Shown here: in pieces, positions 45,344 to 54,539 of the stretch
Layout: each line of letters starts with the position of its first letter
How positions within the stretch are numbered: the stretch's first letter is position 1
Assembly: GCA_035479435.1 (NCBI GenBank)
Contig: DATIIR010000058.1
Span: 1-56,042 of the forward strand
Direction of reading: 5' to 3'
Source: Chlamydiales bacterium
Lineage (GTDB): Bacteria > Chlamydiota > Chlamydiia > Chlamydiales > SM23-39
DNA: 56,042 nucleotides
The notes under the pieces: model-generated
Seen by the model: only the letters and a program-made list of their open reading frames with translations
Databases searched by the model: none
Told to the model about the DNA's origin: nothing
Made by a program: the position numbers and the translations under genes

Positions 45344-46144
45344 ATGGCAGCATTCATCAGTTTTATTTTCTTGGGGCTTGCTTTTTTGAGCGTGTGGGTC
45401 CGCCGCGACTTGAGAATCTGGATGAGCCTATTTTTTGCCAGCGTGATCGCAGCGATGATGGGGGGCAATATCCTCCCAGTTGGCGTGCTGGTCCTGTTTG
45501 GATGGGTCTATCTCTGGTTTTTTTATACCGAGCTCAAGTCTATCAGTCAGTTCCTCGTTTTTTTGGTTATTATCCTAGCCAGTTACGCGATGATTTTTCA
45601 ACTTGTGCCCGGATTTGATCCCGTGGTGATCACTCCGAAATTCCGCATGGGGATACAAAAACCGATGGTTTTGCTTTTTCCTCTGGCTTTACTTGTGCCG
45701 GTGGCGCGGACGTGGCGCGATTGGAAAAAAGCGTTTAGAGGGCTTCTCTACGGCTGCCTGGGAATCGGAGTTATGGCTTTGCTGGCGACTGCCGCTGGTG
45801 CGACCCATTGGCAGATGAAATTGCCCCCTTCGGCGTGGATCATCTACTTAAACAACCTGATTTTTGTGGCCATTCCCGAAGAGGCATTTTTTCGCGGATT
45901 TATTCAGAATCAAGTTTGTCGTTATTTGAATAATAAGTTTCTTGGACTCCTGATCGCCTCGGCGATCTTTACTTTAGCGCATGTCTATTGGAGTCCGAAT
46001 GCGACGATCTTGGCATTTGTATTCATTGCGGGGTTGCTATACGGCGGGGTCTACCTGCTAACAGAAAAAATTGAGAGCGCAATCCTCACCCACTTCCTCC
46101 TCAACTTTATCCACATGACCTTTTTCGCCTATCACGCCCTTTAG
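45344..46144 (+). CDS. CPBP-family intramembrane glutamic protease (CAAX protease-like)
   Basis: IPEEAFFRGF, FTLAH and HFLLNF motifs in a polytopic protein. Confidence 0.85.
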   Translation: MAAFISFIFLGLAFLSVWVRRDLRIWMSLFFASVIAAMMGGNILPVGVLVLFGWVYLWFFYTELKSISQFLVFLVIILASYAMIFQLVPGFDPVVITPKFRMGIQKPMVLLFPLALLVPVARTWRDWKKAFRGLLYGCLGIGVMALLATAAGATHWQMKLPPSAWIIYLNNLIFVAIPEEAFFRGFIQNQVCRYLNNKFLGLLIASAIFTLAHVYWSPNATILAFVFIAGLLYGGVYLLTEKIESAILTHFLLNFIHMTFFAYHAL

Positions 46145-47523
46145 GTCGTCAATAGCGTTTGCAGGGCCGCTTTCCCTTTTTCTGCCCCTTTCTTGGGCAG
46201 CGCCACACGGGTGATATCGGCGCCGAGAGAGGTGAGCTTGTCGACGAGGTCTTCATATCCGCGGTCGAGGTAGTCGACGTTGGAGATGGTGCTTGTGTCG
46301 GCGACGAGGAGGGCCGCCATCACGTAGGCAAAGCCGGCGCGTAGGTCGGGGATAGAGATGTCTTTGGCTTTGAGCGGGGTTGGCCCCTTAACGGTGAGAC
46401 TGTGGTGGTGATCGCTCGAGGCAAAACGGCACTGCTTGCCGCCAAGACACTGCGTAAAGAGCTCAATGTCGGCTCCCATCTCTTTTAAAGTGCGCGTGTA
46501 GCCAAAACGGTTTTCGTAAACGGTTTCGTGAATGACAGAGGCGCCGGTGGCTTGTGTCATCAGGACGACGAAGGGCTGCTGCCAGTCGGTCATAAAGCCT
46601 GGATGGACATCGGTTTCGAGATGCAGACCGCCGCGGAGCTCTTTTTCGTAGAAGAATTCGATCCCATTCTTCTTGACGTGGAAGCCGCCGCCCATTTCGC
46701 GCAGCTTGTTGAGGAAGGCGATCATGTTGAGGTGTTCAGCCCCTTCGATAAAGACACGTCCCTTGGTGCCAATGGCAGCCATCGCATAAGAGGCCACCTC
46801 GTTCCTGTCAGCTAGGACGGTGTGTTCTACTTCTTGAAATTCGTGCGCTTGTTGAATGCAAATCGTCCGGTCTACGTCGACTCTAATATTGGCGCCTAAT
46901 TTTTGAAGGAAGAGAATGAGGTCGATGATTTCCGGCTCGGTCGCGGCGTTTTTAATGATCGTTGTCCCTTTGGCGCGTACGGCGGCTAAAATGGTGTTTT
47001 CTGTGGCGCCAACGGAAGGGTAACTGAGGGAGATGATGGCGCCTTTCAGTCCTTGGTGCGCTTGCGCAAAGTAGGCGCCCTCTTTTTTCATCTCGCGGTA
47101 CTCGATGCGCGTTCCCAACTTCTGCAAGGCACTGATGTGGAGATCGACAGGGCGTAAACCGATGAGATCTCCGCCGGCGGTGGGGACGATGATATCTTCA
47201 TCGGTGCGACCCAAGAGTGCGCCGATCATCAGAATAGGAATGCGGTTTGATCCCGAATAGCGCTGCGGAATGTAGGAGGTCTTTAGCTCTGGTGTTACGA
47301 TCTCGAGGATTTGCGCTTTTTTGTCCCACTGGATTTCAGAGCCGATTTCACGGCAGAGATTTACGGTGATTTCAACATCGCCGATGTTGGGTACGTTGTA
47401 GAATGTGCATTTTTTGTCAGACAGAAGCGAAGCGACGAGTAGTTTGGTCATCGCATTTTTCGCACCTGCTGCCTTGATCTGTCCTGTGAGTGGTTTACCG
47501 CCTTTGATTTTCAACACATCCAT
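46141..47523 (-). CDS. murA: UDP-N-acetylglucosamine 1-carboxyvinyltransferase (Asp variant at the fosfomycin-target position)
   Basis: MDVLKIKGG...AGAKNA...GGDLIGLRPVDLH. Start chosen at 47523, preceded by a GAGG RBS. The track ORF extends to 47580. Confidence 0.93.
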   Translation of the reverse strand: MDVLKIKGGKPLTGQIKAAGAKNAMTKLLVASLLSDKKCTFYNVPNIGDVEITVNLCREIGSEIQWDKKAQILEIVTPELKTSYIPQRYSGSNRIPILMIGALLGRTDEDIIVPTAGGDLIGLRPVDLHISALQKLGTRIEYREMKKEGAYFAQAHQGLKGAIISLSYPSVGATENTILAAVRAKGTTIIKNAATEPEIIDLILFLQKLGANIRVDVDRTICIQQAHEFQEVEHTVLADRNEVASYAMAAIGTKGRVFIEGAEHLNMIAFLNKLREMGGGFHVKKNGIEFFYEKELRGGLHLETDVHPGFMTDWQQPFVVLMTQATGASVIHETVYENRFGYTRTLKEMGADIELFTQCLGGKQCRFASSDHHHSLTVKGPTPLKAKDISIPDLRAGFAYVMAALLVADTSTISNVDYLDRGYEDLVDKLTSLGADITRVALPKKGAEKGKAALQTLLTT

Positions 47524-47542
47524 ACGCACCTCGTTTGCACTC

Positions 47543-48466
47543 TTATACGACATTGCGAGAAAATTGGACAGTTTTTCCACGCACGCTCAATTGATTCGGG
47601 AGAAGACCGTCTTGGATATGTGTAAAATAGAGACGCTTTTGTGGCATTTGCAGTGCAACCCAGCTCATCGTTTTGCGCGCATTGATCTCGACGATCGGAT
47701 GCACCCGCTTTTTTCCTTCCCACAGATAGATGAAACTGTCGATTCCCACGTAGCCTGAGTAGCCGAGCTTCGCAATCTTCTCAATCAACGGCTTTGCCAC
47801 TGCAAGATGTTCTTCCAGCGCCCATGTTTCGACACTGGCTTCAAACGTTCCTCTGTACGTGCCGTTGGGTTCATTTTCAAAAACAGTGACGCCTAAAAGG
47901 GCGCCATCCTTCCACTGCGTGCTGAAGTCTTGGAGCCTCTCCACCCACGGTTCTCCTATGAGAGGGCCAATGTAAAGCCGCTTTACATTGGGATTTAGGA
48001 CGTGGCCTCTACCTGCGGTTCCGAAGGGCGTTTTCAACACCTTTGGCCCCGGTGTCTTGGCAATCCATTGGGTGATTTCTTGGCCGGTTTCGAGCAGAGC
48101 GGCGCCGGGTAAGGGGGGCGATTCTGTGAAGGAGAAGATCTTTGAGTTCACTTTCTGGACCACATTCCATGGCGGGATAGTGTAGGGGATGTGATGGCTT
48201 TTGGCCCAGCGGGCGATCGCCTCGGAGGGGCCCCAGTGTTCGATGTGGGTGGTGCCTGGTGGGGGTTCAAGGCAGAGGCGAGGGTCTGGATCTCTGGGTA
48301 GGTCGGAGACCAAAATGGAGTCGTTGGGCCCGGCGTAGAGGAGAGGGAGAAATTGGAGCTGCATCACGACCGGATGGGAGCGGATCCACTCGGCCAACGG
48401 TTTTTTGTCTCTGGTTTCGAGCTCTTTTTCAAAAAAAGTATTGCAAATGTGGAGTGGCGACGACAT
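47543..48466 (-). CDS. ATP-grasp-like hypothetical protein
   Basis: The C-terminal half carries [13 protein letters not shown]...[10 protein letters not shown]...IVEINAR, an ATP-grasp-like Mg/ATP motif pattern. Confidence 0.65.
   Translation of the reverse strand: MSSPLHICNTFFEKELETRDKKPLAEWIRSHPVVMQLQFLPLLYAGPNDSILVSDLPRDPDPRLCLEPPPGTTHIEHWGPSEAIARWAKSHHIPYTIPPWNVVQKVNSKIFSFTESPPLPGAALLETGQEITQWIAKTPGPKVLKTPFGTAGRGHVLNPNVKRLYIGPLIGEPWVERLQDFSTQWKDGALLGVTVFENEPNGTYRGTFEASVETWALEEHLAVAKPLIEKIAKLGYSGYVGIDSFIYLWEGKKRVHPIVEINARKTMSWVALQMPQKRLYFTHIQDGLLPNQLSVRGKTVQFSRNVV
47967..47991. repeat. Iterated palindrome copy f (perfect 25-bp form)
   Basis: CCAATGTAAAGC-C-GCTTTACATTGG inside the ATP-grasp ORF, translated as PNVKRLYIG. 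Confidence 0.92.
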
Positions 48467-48497
48467 TTATGTAAGTTTATGCCATAATGGCTCCATT

Positions 48498-49004
48498 ATG
48501 CACACCATTACACCGATCTACCGTACAGGAATTGGGCAGGACAGTCACCGTTTTTTACCTGCTGATTCCACAAAGCCGTGCACGATTGGGGGCGTTATCT
48601 TTGAAGATGTCCCTGGTTTAGATGCTGACTCCGATGGCGACATCGTTTACCACGCCATGTGCAATGCGATCACTTCTCTCTCTGGCGTTCCCATTTTGGG
48701 CGATATCGCTCGCGATCTATGTCGCAAAGATGGGATTACCGACAGCCAAGTGTATCTCGAGGAGGCGTTGAAGACGCTCGGTGCGCAAAAAATCGTCCAC
48801 GTCGCTCTTTCTATTGAGGGGAAGCGCCCCTATTTTGATGAGAAGATTGTTCAGATGAGGAAGAAAATCGCTTCGGTTCTGAAGATTAAGCCTGCAGCTG
48901 TTGGCATTACGGCCACATCTGGCGATGGCCTGACCGATTTTGGCTGTGGCGATGGCCTCCAATGCCTCTGCGTGATGACAACAGTAGAATCAATAAACGT
49001 CTAA
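48498..49004 (+). CDS. ispF: 2-C-methyl-D-erythritol 2,4-cyclodiphosphate synthase
   Basis: [11 protein letters not shown] and SDGDIVYHA motifs. Start chosen at MHTITPIY. Confidence 0.9.
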   Translation: MHTITPIYRTGIGQDSHRFLPADSTKPCTIGGVIFEDVPGLDADSDGDIVYHAMCNAITSLSGVPILGDIARDLCRKDGITDSQVYLEEALKTLGAQKIVHVALSIEGKRPYFDEKIVQMRKKIASVLKIKPAAVGITATSGDGLTDFGCGDGLQCLCVMTTVESINV

Positions 49005-50048
49005 AAGATAGCGCTTCTCAGTGCGCAGCGTTTTGATGAATTTGCGCGCGTCTTCCTCGCTCATGGAGCCCTCTTCGCGGGCGATCTGCTGCAGGGCGGC
49101 GTCGACGTCTTTAGCCATCTCTTCCGCATCTCCGCAGACGTAGATGTAACTCCCCTGCTGGATCCAATTCCAGAAGCTCTTCTTCTGTTCGAGCATTTTG
49201 TGCTGCACATAGACTTTCTCGGCTTGGTCGCGCGAAAAGGCGAGATCGAGGCGGATCCGCCCCTGTTTTTCCAACTCGAGCCAGAAGTGGGAGTAGTAAA
49301 AGTCAGTGGCGCGGTTGCGCTCGCCGAAGAAAACCCAGTTGAGTCCAGGGGCTTGCGTGGCGAGCCGCTCTTGGAGAAAGGCGCGGAAAGGGGCGATGCC
49401 TGTGCCGGGCCCGATGAGGATGATGGGAGCTGCGGGATCGGGAAGTGTGAAGTGATTCGAGGGCTGCACATAAATGGGAATGGGTGTCGATTCGACTTGA
49501 GCTTCGTGACAGAGAAAATGGCTCCCGACGCCGGTGTGCACATGTCCATTGGCGTGATATTGAAAGAAGGCGACGGTGAGGTGGATCTCGTTGGGAAAGA
49601 CTTTGGGTGAGGAGGCAATCGAATAGAAGCGGGGCATGAGCGGCATGAGGGGCTTGCAGAGTTCGGATGGGGAAAGGGGGTCCGTGTGCTTTTCGAGAAG
49701 TTCGAGGAGAGTTTCGGTCGATTTTTCGAGATTGAGGAGTTTCAGTAGGGCGGAATTGACTTTGCTGATGTTCGCCTTGTGGAGTAGGTATTCCCGAAAG
49801 GTGGTGGTCGTATGGGTGCGCGCATCGAGAATCTCTTCGTGGCCGGTGGCTGAGAGTTTGTGGATGATCCGATCGACGATGTGGGGATCGTTGGTGGGAA
49901 GGACGCCGATACTGTCGCCCACTTTGAAGGGGAGGTTGGATCCCTCGATATCGAGAACGATATGGTAGGTCTTTTTGGTCGAGGTGGGTCCGGTGAGGAG
50001 GGTTCTCTCTTTCATCCGGGCGATGTAGGGGTGGGTTCTCGAGTACAT
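48990..50048 (-). CDS. FNR-like FAD/NADPH-binding oxidoreductase (CysJ C-terminal-type, no flavodoxin domain)
   Basis: [20 protein letters not shown] and [13 protein letters not shown] motifs, with a terminal ...DVY. Confidence 0.85.
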   Translation of the reverse strand: MYSRTHPYIARMKERTLLTGPTSTKKTYHIVLDIEGSNLPFKVGDSIGVLPTNDPHIVDRIIHKLSATGHEEILDARTHTTTTFREYLLHKANISKVNSALLKLLNLEKSTETLLELLEKHTDPLSPSELCKPLMPLMPRFYSIASSPKVFPNEIHLTVAFFQYHANGHVHTGVGSHFLCHEAQVESTPIPIYVQPSNHFTLPDPAAPIILIGPGTGIAPFRAFLQERLATQAPGLNWVFFGERNRATDFYYSHFWLELEKQGRIRLDLAFSRDQAEKVYVQHKMLEQKKSFWNWIQQGSYIYVCGDAEEMAKDVDAALQQIAREEGSMSEEDARKFIKTLRTEKRYLLDVY

Positions 50049-50105
50049 TTCTATAGACAGGGGCTGGGGAAATGATTAAATTGGGGTAAAAAGGAGCCTG
50101 GGTTC

Positions 50106-50249
50106 ATGCGTCTCTTACTATTGCTTTGTCTCTGCGTACTCTCAAATGGTTGCACCAATGGCGACTCCTACAGTAACCGGAACTATGTGATCTCAAAGTC
50201 TCAAGAAACGGCTGTCGATGATGACGCTACGGAACCGGAACCTGAGTAA
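50106..50249 (+). CDS. 47-aa signal-peptide micro-ORF (possible lipoprotein)
   Basis: Hand translation gives [22 protein letters not shown]...EPEPE*. AAGGAG RBS 9 nt upstream. Below the ORF-track cutoff. The 3' end overlaps the convergent gltX by 23 nt. Confidence 0.35.
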   Translation: MRLLLLLCLCVLSNGCTNGDSYSNRNYVISKSQETAVDDDATEPEPE

Positions 50250-51744
50250 TTAGATCCTTGCAGTTTTTCTTTCCCCAACCTTTTTTCAGCTGATCCATCT
50301 TTTTGTTCGAGATGCCTCCGAGCATTTCGATGGCGGCCATGAGCCGGACGCGGGTCCGGTCTTTTCCGAGCAATGTGACCGATTCAAAGAGAGGAAGGCC
50401 GTGCGTTTTGCCCATGATCGTGACGTAAAGCGTCGGGATGACGACCTTTTTGTGGTGGACGCCAAAGGCCTCAGCTGTTTCGTGGGATGCTTTTTCTAGG
50501 CCAACGCCGGTCCAATCTTCCTGTTCATCGAGACTCCAAATCATCGCTTGCAAGAGGCAACTGACCGCTTCAGGTGGCGTGTTTTTGGGGCAAAGCATGT
50601 CGGGCGTAATCTTCAAGTCGTTGATGAAGAGAAAATCGCAGAGCGACATGAAATCGCCAAAGGTCTTGATCCGCGTGTGGACGAGGGGCATCAGCTTGCG
50701 CATGAATGCTTCGTTGAAGTTCCACGCAACGAGGCGATCCCAGAGGTTGTTTTCAGGAATCATTTCGATGATCCGCTTCTGGTTGACCCAGTTGAGTTTT
50801 TGGATGTCGAAAAAGGCGCCCGAAATGCCGATCCGTTTGGGGTCGAAGGCGCGGATGATCTCGTCGAGGTTGTAAATCTCCTTGTCTCCTTCCATGCTGT
50901 AGCCCATGAGGGTGAGGAAGTTGACGAGTGCCTCGGGGAGATAGCCGCTGTCGCGGAAATAGAAAATGGAGGTGGGATTTTTCCGTTTGGAGAGTTTTTT
51001 GCCATCTTTGCCAAGGAGAAGGGGCATGTGCATGAAGATGGGGGCTTTCCATCCGAACGCTTCGTAGAGGAAAATGTGTTTGGGCGTCGAGCTCATCCAC
51101 TCATCGCCGCGGATGACGTGGGTGATTTTCATGAGGTGATCGTCGACGACGTTGGCGAGGTGATAGGTGGGGAAGCCGTCCGATTTCAGGAGGATTTGGT
51201 CATCGATATCGGCCCACGGCGCCGTGATGCGCCCTTTGATCTGATCATCGAAAACGCATTCGCCAGTGAGGGGGATTTTGAGGCGGATGACGAAAGATTG
51301 TCCCGCTTCCTCTCTTTGGCGCACCTCTTCAGGGCTCAGGTTGCGATAACGGCGGTCATAGCCGCTCCGTTTCCCCTGCTTGGCGGCCACTTCGCGCATT
51401 TCGGCGAGCTCTTCAGGTGTGGCGAAGCACTTGTAGGCCATGCCCCGCTCGAGGAGCAGATAGGCGTGTTTGCGGTAGATTTCGGTTCTCTCCGATTGGC
51501 GATAGGGAGCGTGGGGGCCGCCGACATCGGGGCCTTCGTCCCACTCGATGTGGCACCAATGGAGGGCGTCCATGATATTTTTTTCATACTCTGGCCTGCT
51601 GCGGGTCTGGTCAGTATCCTCAATGCGAAGGATGAACTGCCCTTTGAAATGGCGGGCAAAAATGAGGTTAAAGAGGGCGATATAGGCGGTACCCACATGA
51701 GGGTCGCCAGTGGGAGAGGGGGCAATACGGACACGTACGGTCAT
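50227..51744 (-). CDS. gltX: Glutamyl-tRNA synthetase
   Basis: [16 protein letters not shown] (HIGH region) and KLSKR (KMSKS region). Confidence 0.95.
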   Translation of the reverse strand: MTVRVRIAPSPTGDPHVGTAYIALFNLIFARHFKGQFILRIEDTDQTRSRPEYEKNIMDALHWCHIEWDEGPDVGGPHAPYRQSERTEIYRKHAYLLLERGMAYKCFATPEELAEMREVAAKQGKRSGYDRRYRNLSPEEVRQREEAGQSFVIRLKIPLTGECVFDDQIKGRITAPWADIDDQILLKSDGFPTYHLANVVDDHLMKITHVIRGDEWMSSTPKHIFLYEAFGWKAPIFMHMPLLLGKDGKKLSKRKNPTSIFYFRDSGYLPEALVNFLTLMGYSMEGDKEIYNLDEIIRAFDPKRIGISGAFFDIQKLNWVNQKRIIEMIPENNLWDRLVAWNFNEAFMRKLMPLVHTRIKTFGDFMSLCDFLFINDLKITPDMLCPKNTPPEAVSCLLQAMIWSLDEQEDWTGVGLEKASHETAEAFGVHHKKVVIPTLYVTIMGKTHGLPLFESVTLLGKDRTRVRLMAAIEMLGGISNKKMDQLKKGWGKKNCKDLITQVPVP

Positions 51745-51790
51745 AGATACCTTTCAGAAAATCGGTCTCCATTGTGACAATCCGGGGAGT

Positions 51791-53731
51791 TTATCTCAAG
51801 GATTCGATGCTGACCAAAAAAATCAGGTCTTTCATCACGTTGAGCGCTTCGACCATCTGCAGATCGCTCTGGCCAAAGAGGTCGATCGAGTCTGCGTCGA
51901 AATTCTTTTTTTGAATCTCTGTCAAAAAGCTCTGATAATTTTTATTTGTCTCTATCCGGAGATGGGAATTTTTTTTCAGAGTATCCAGATAGGGCAGATA
52001 GGTGGTGAGTTGGGTCTGGAGGTTGTACTTGTACATGGGGCCGAGCTGAATCCGATGGAAAGGAGAGATGTCGGACAGATCGTCCTCAAAATGGGACTCG
52101 ATCTGATCGTTTTCCAGCGGGAATTTGGCGTATTTTTCGCCGATATCGAGCTGCGATAGAAGGCCGGGGATCTCGATGTCGGAGATGACGCCGATGAGTT
52201 GCGGACTCTTGCCAGAAACCGTGTAGTAGCGGCCGCGGGTCACTTTGTACTCCCCTTGCGGATTGATTTTGGGGTTGTTGACAGGATCGAGGGTGAAGGT
52301 TTGAAAAGAGCCTTTGCCAAACGTATGGTCGTCGCCGATGACGAGGGCGCGTCCGTAATCTTGCAGCGTTTGCGCCACGATCTCAGCGGCCGATGCAGAG
52401 GCGCGATTCACGAGACAGAAGAGGGGCCCTTCCCAAACGGGCTTCCCTTCGACTTCACGCAGGTGTTGCACTTTTCCCGTATTGTCTTTGATCGAGACGA
52501 CGATCCCCTTGTTGATGAAGAGGCCTGTGACGCTGACGGCCTGCGTCAAAAGTCCCCCCGCATTGCTGCGCAAATCGAGTACGACCCCTTTTAGCTTGTG
52601 GTCTTTTTTGATCTGCTCAAGCGCTTTGCGGATGTCGGTCGTCGATGAGCTTTTGGGGTCTTGGTAGAAAGAAAAGAGGCGCAAAGTGGCGATCACGCCA
52701 TCGCCATAGGGCTCGAGAGTGGTATCTAGACGCGTCTCCTCCAGCACCACTTCATTGCGGACGAGTTCGATTTCCAACTTCTCCTCGACCCGCTCTTCTC
52801 CCGCGCTGTTTTCGCGCAAAACGGTGAGGAGGACTGAGGTCCCTTTTTCCCCGCGGATCAGTTCGACCGCTTCGCTGATCTCCATCCCCACGACAGGTTC
52901 ATGGTCGACGGCGATGATCTTGTCGTTGATCTTGAGTTTGTTGTTCAGGCTGGCAGGGCTGTTTTCGATGATCCGGATCACTGAGAGGCCGTCGAGGTCA
53001 TCTCGGAGCTGCGCCCCGATTCCAAAGAGGCGCTGCTGCACTTGGATCATGAACTGATTCGCTTCGTTGGGAGTGAAGTAATTGGTGTGGGAGTCGAGCG
53101 AGGAGGTGGCTGCCTTGAGGACATAGGCGAGGGTCTGCTTGTGGCGCTCTTCAGGCGTGATGCCGGTGAGTTCCTGCTCTCTGTTGAGGCGCCGCTTTTG
53201 TACTCGCTGCACAAAGCGATTTTGACTCTCATTGCCCAATTTTTCGGTGGCGTCCAATTGGAGGGCTTTGATCCGGAGGAGCCGCTCGGTCAGCTCCTCT
53301 TCTGTGGCGACCCATGCGAGGTCTTTGAACTCGTCGCTCTTGACCCCAGTGGGAAGCTCGCGCTGGGCTAGTTCCGTCTCGATCCGGTTCCGCCTTTCAA
53401 TCGCCAGGATGAAAGTAGTATGAATTTCTTGAAAAAGGGAGAAGTCGCTCTTATTGAATCCCGATAAAGCCCTTTCGAGCACCTCATTGGACGGGTCTGT
53501 CCACTGGGAGATCTCCCCCTCCAGGAAGTAGGTTTTAGTGGGATCTAGCTCGTCCAGGAAGTTTTGGAGGGTCCGGCTCATGAGCTCGGGCGTTAGGGCC
53601 TTGTGGCACACGTGGGCCTTCAAAATCTCTTCGATCTTGGTCCGGACGTCCCGGGGACTCAACTGGGGGGGTTTTGCCTCACAAACGAGGGTGCAGAGCA
53701 GTAGGAGGAGGAACAGGCCTTTACGGATCAT
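51791..53731 (-). CDS. Tail-specific (C-terminal processing) protease, S41 family
   Basis: Signal peptide, PDZ region, and the LVNRASASAAEIVA catalytic Ser context. Confidence 0.9.
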   Translation of the reverse strand: MIRKGLFLLLLLCTLVCEAKPPQLSPRDVRTKIEEILKAHVCHKALTPELMSRTLQNFLDELDPTKTYFLEGEISQWTDPSNEVLERALSGFNKSDFSLFQEIHTTFILAIERRNRIETELAQRELPTGVKSDEFKDLAWVATEEELTERLLRIKALQLDATEKLGNESQNRFVQRVQKRRLNREQELTGITPEERHKQTLAYVLKAATSSLDSHTNYFTPNEANQFMIQVQQRLFGIGAQLRDDLDGLSVIRIIENSPASLNNKLKINDKIIAVDHEPVVGMEISEAVELIRGEKGTSVLLTVLRENSAGEERVEEKLEIELVRNEVVLEETRLDTTLEPYGDGVIATLRLFSFYQDPKSSSTTDIRKALEQIKKDHKLKGVVLDLRSNAGGLLTQAVSVTGLFINKGIVVSIKDNTGKVQHLREVEGKPVWEGPLFCLVNRASASAAEIVAQTLQDYGRALVIGDDHTFGKGSFQTFTLDPVNNPKINPQGEYKVTRGRYYTVSGKSPQLIGVISDIEIPGLLSQLDIGEKYAKFPLENDQIESHFEDDLSDISPFHRIQLGPMYKYNLQTQLTTYLPYLDTLKKNSHLRIETNKNYQSFLTEIQKKNFDADSIDLFGQSDLQMVEALNVMKDLIFLVSIESLR

Positions 53732-54041
53732 AAAACCTTAGCTTTCGTCCGACTATATCGAAATATCTACTTTTGACGCCAATCAAAAATTTTGAGAATA
53801 AGTATTTGATCATTAAATGTTTATAATGGGATTGCAGATATCCCAAAAATAGTTCGCTGAAATCGATGATTTCGTTTGATTTATAGTCGTTAATATGAAA
53901 TAATCATTACTTAAAGAACGAAAACTAAAATAAATACGAAATAACCGTATGATATTAAAAATGTAATTTATAGCCATACGGTAAGTAGTTAAAGATTAGC
54001 AATTAAATAGAATATGAATGAATTTTGAGGAGGAAGGAACC

Positions 54042-54479
54042 ATGGATTCAGACACAGCATGGAGCCAGACCCAGGGACAAAGTAATTCAGCGAAGGTGGT
54101 TTCGATCACTGAAGCCGCTCGAATTAACAATGTAACTCGGCAGGCCATCTATGTTGCTATCAAACAAAAGAAATTGAAAGCAACAAAAGACTCGACTCGT
54201 TGGACAATCCACCTGGACGATCTTGAAGAGTATCGAAATAACAAGTACTCGCGTACGAAATCGATGTACGACGGGGAACTTTTATTCGACAACAAAAAAG
54301 GTTACTATTCAGTTAATCAAGCCGCAAAAGTTTTGGGTGTACCCGCTCAAAAGATTTACTACGCGACACGCGTAGGTCTTTTAAAAGCGCATCGTAAAGG
54401 TGCTGCGTGGGTTATTCACACCGATGACATTAAAGGCTACCAAGAAAATTATCTGAATCGCAGACCCAAAGTTGGCTAG
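54042..54479 (+). CDS. euo: Tandem excisionase-type HTH DNA-binding protein, candidate Euo-like developmental regulator
   Basis: Two repeats of the pattern (V/Y)S(I/V)xxAAxxxxVxxQxIYxAxxxxxLKAxxxxxxWxIHxDD(L/I). Strong GAGGAGG RBS. The position next to tsp and gltX matches the chlamydial gltX-euo neighbourhood as I recall it. Confidence 0.6.
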   Translation: MDSDTAWSQTQGQSNSAKVVSITEAARINNVTRQAIYVAIKQKKLKATKDSTRWTIHLDDLEEYRNNKYSRTKSMYDGELLFDNKKGYYSVNQAAKVLGVPAQKIYYATRVGLLKAHRKGAAWVIHTDDIKGYQENYLNRRPKVG

Positions 54480-54500
54480 TCAATGTATTTAGTGAAATGA

Positions 54501-54538
54501 ATCGCCCAGACTCTCGAGACGGGCGATTTTTCTTTTTT
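54501..54538. terminator. Hairpin terminator between the euo-like gene and the convergent autotransporter gene
   Basis: ATCGCCC-13 nt-GGGCGAT followed by TTTTTCTTTTTT. Confidence 0.6.
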
Positions 54539-54539
54539 G

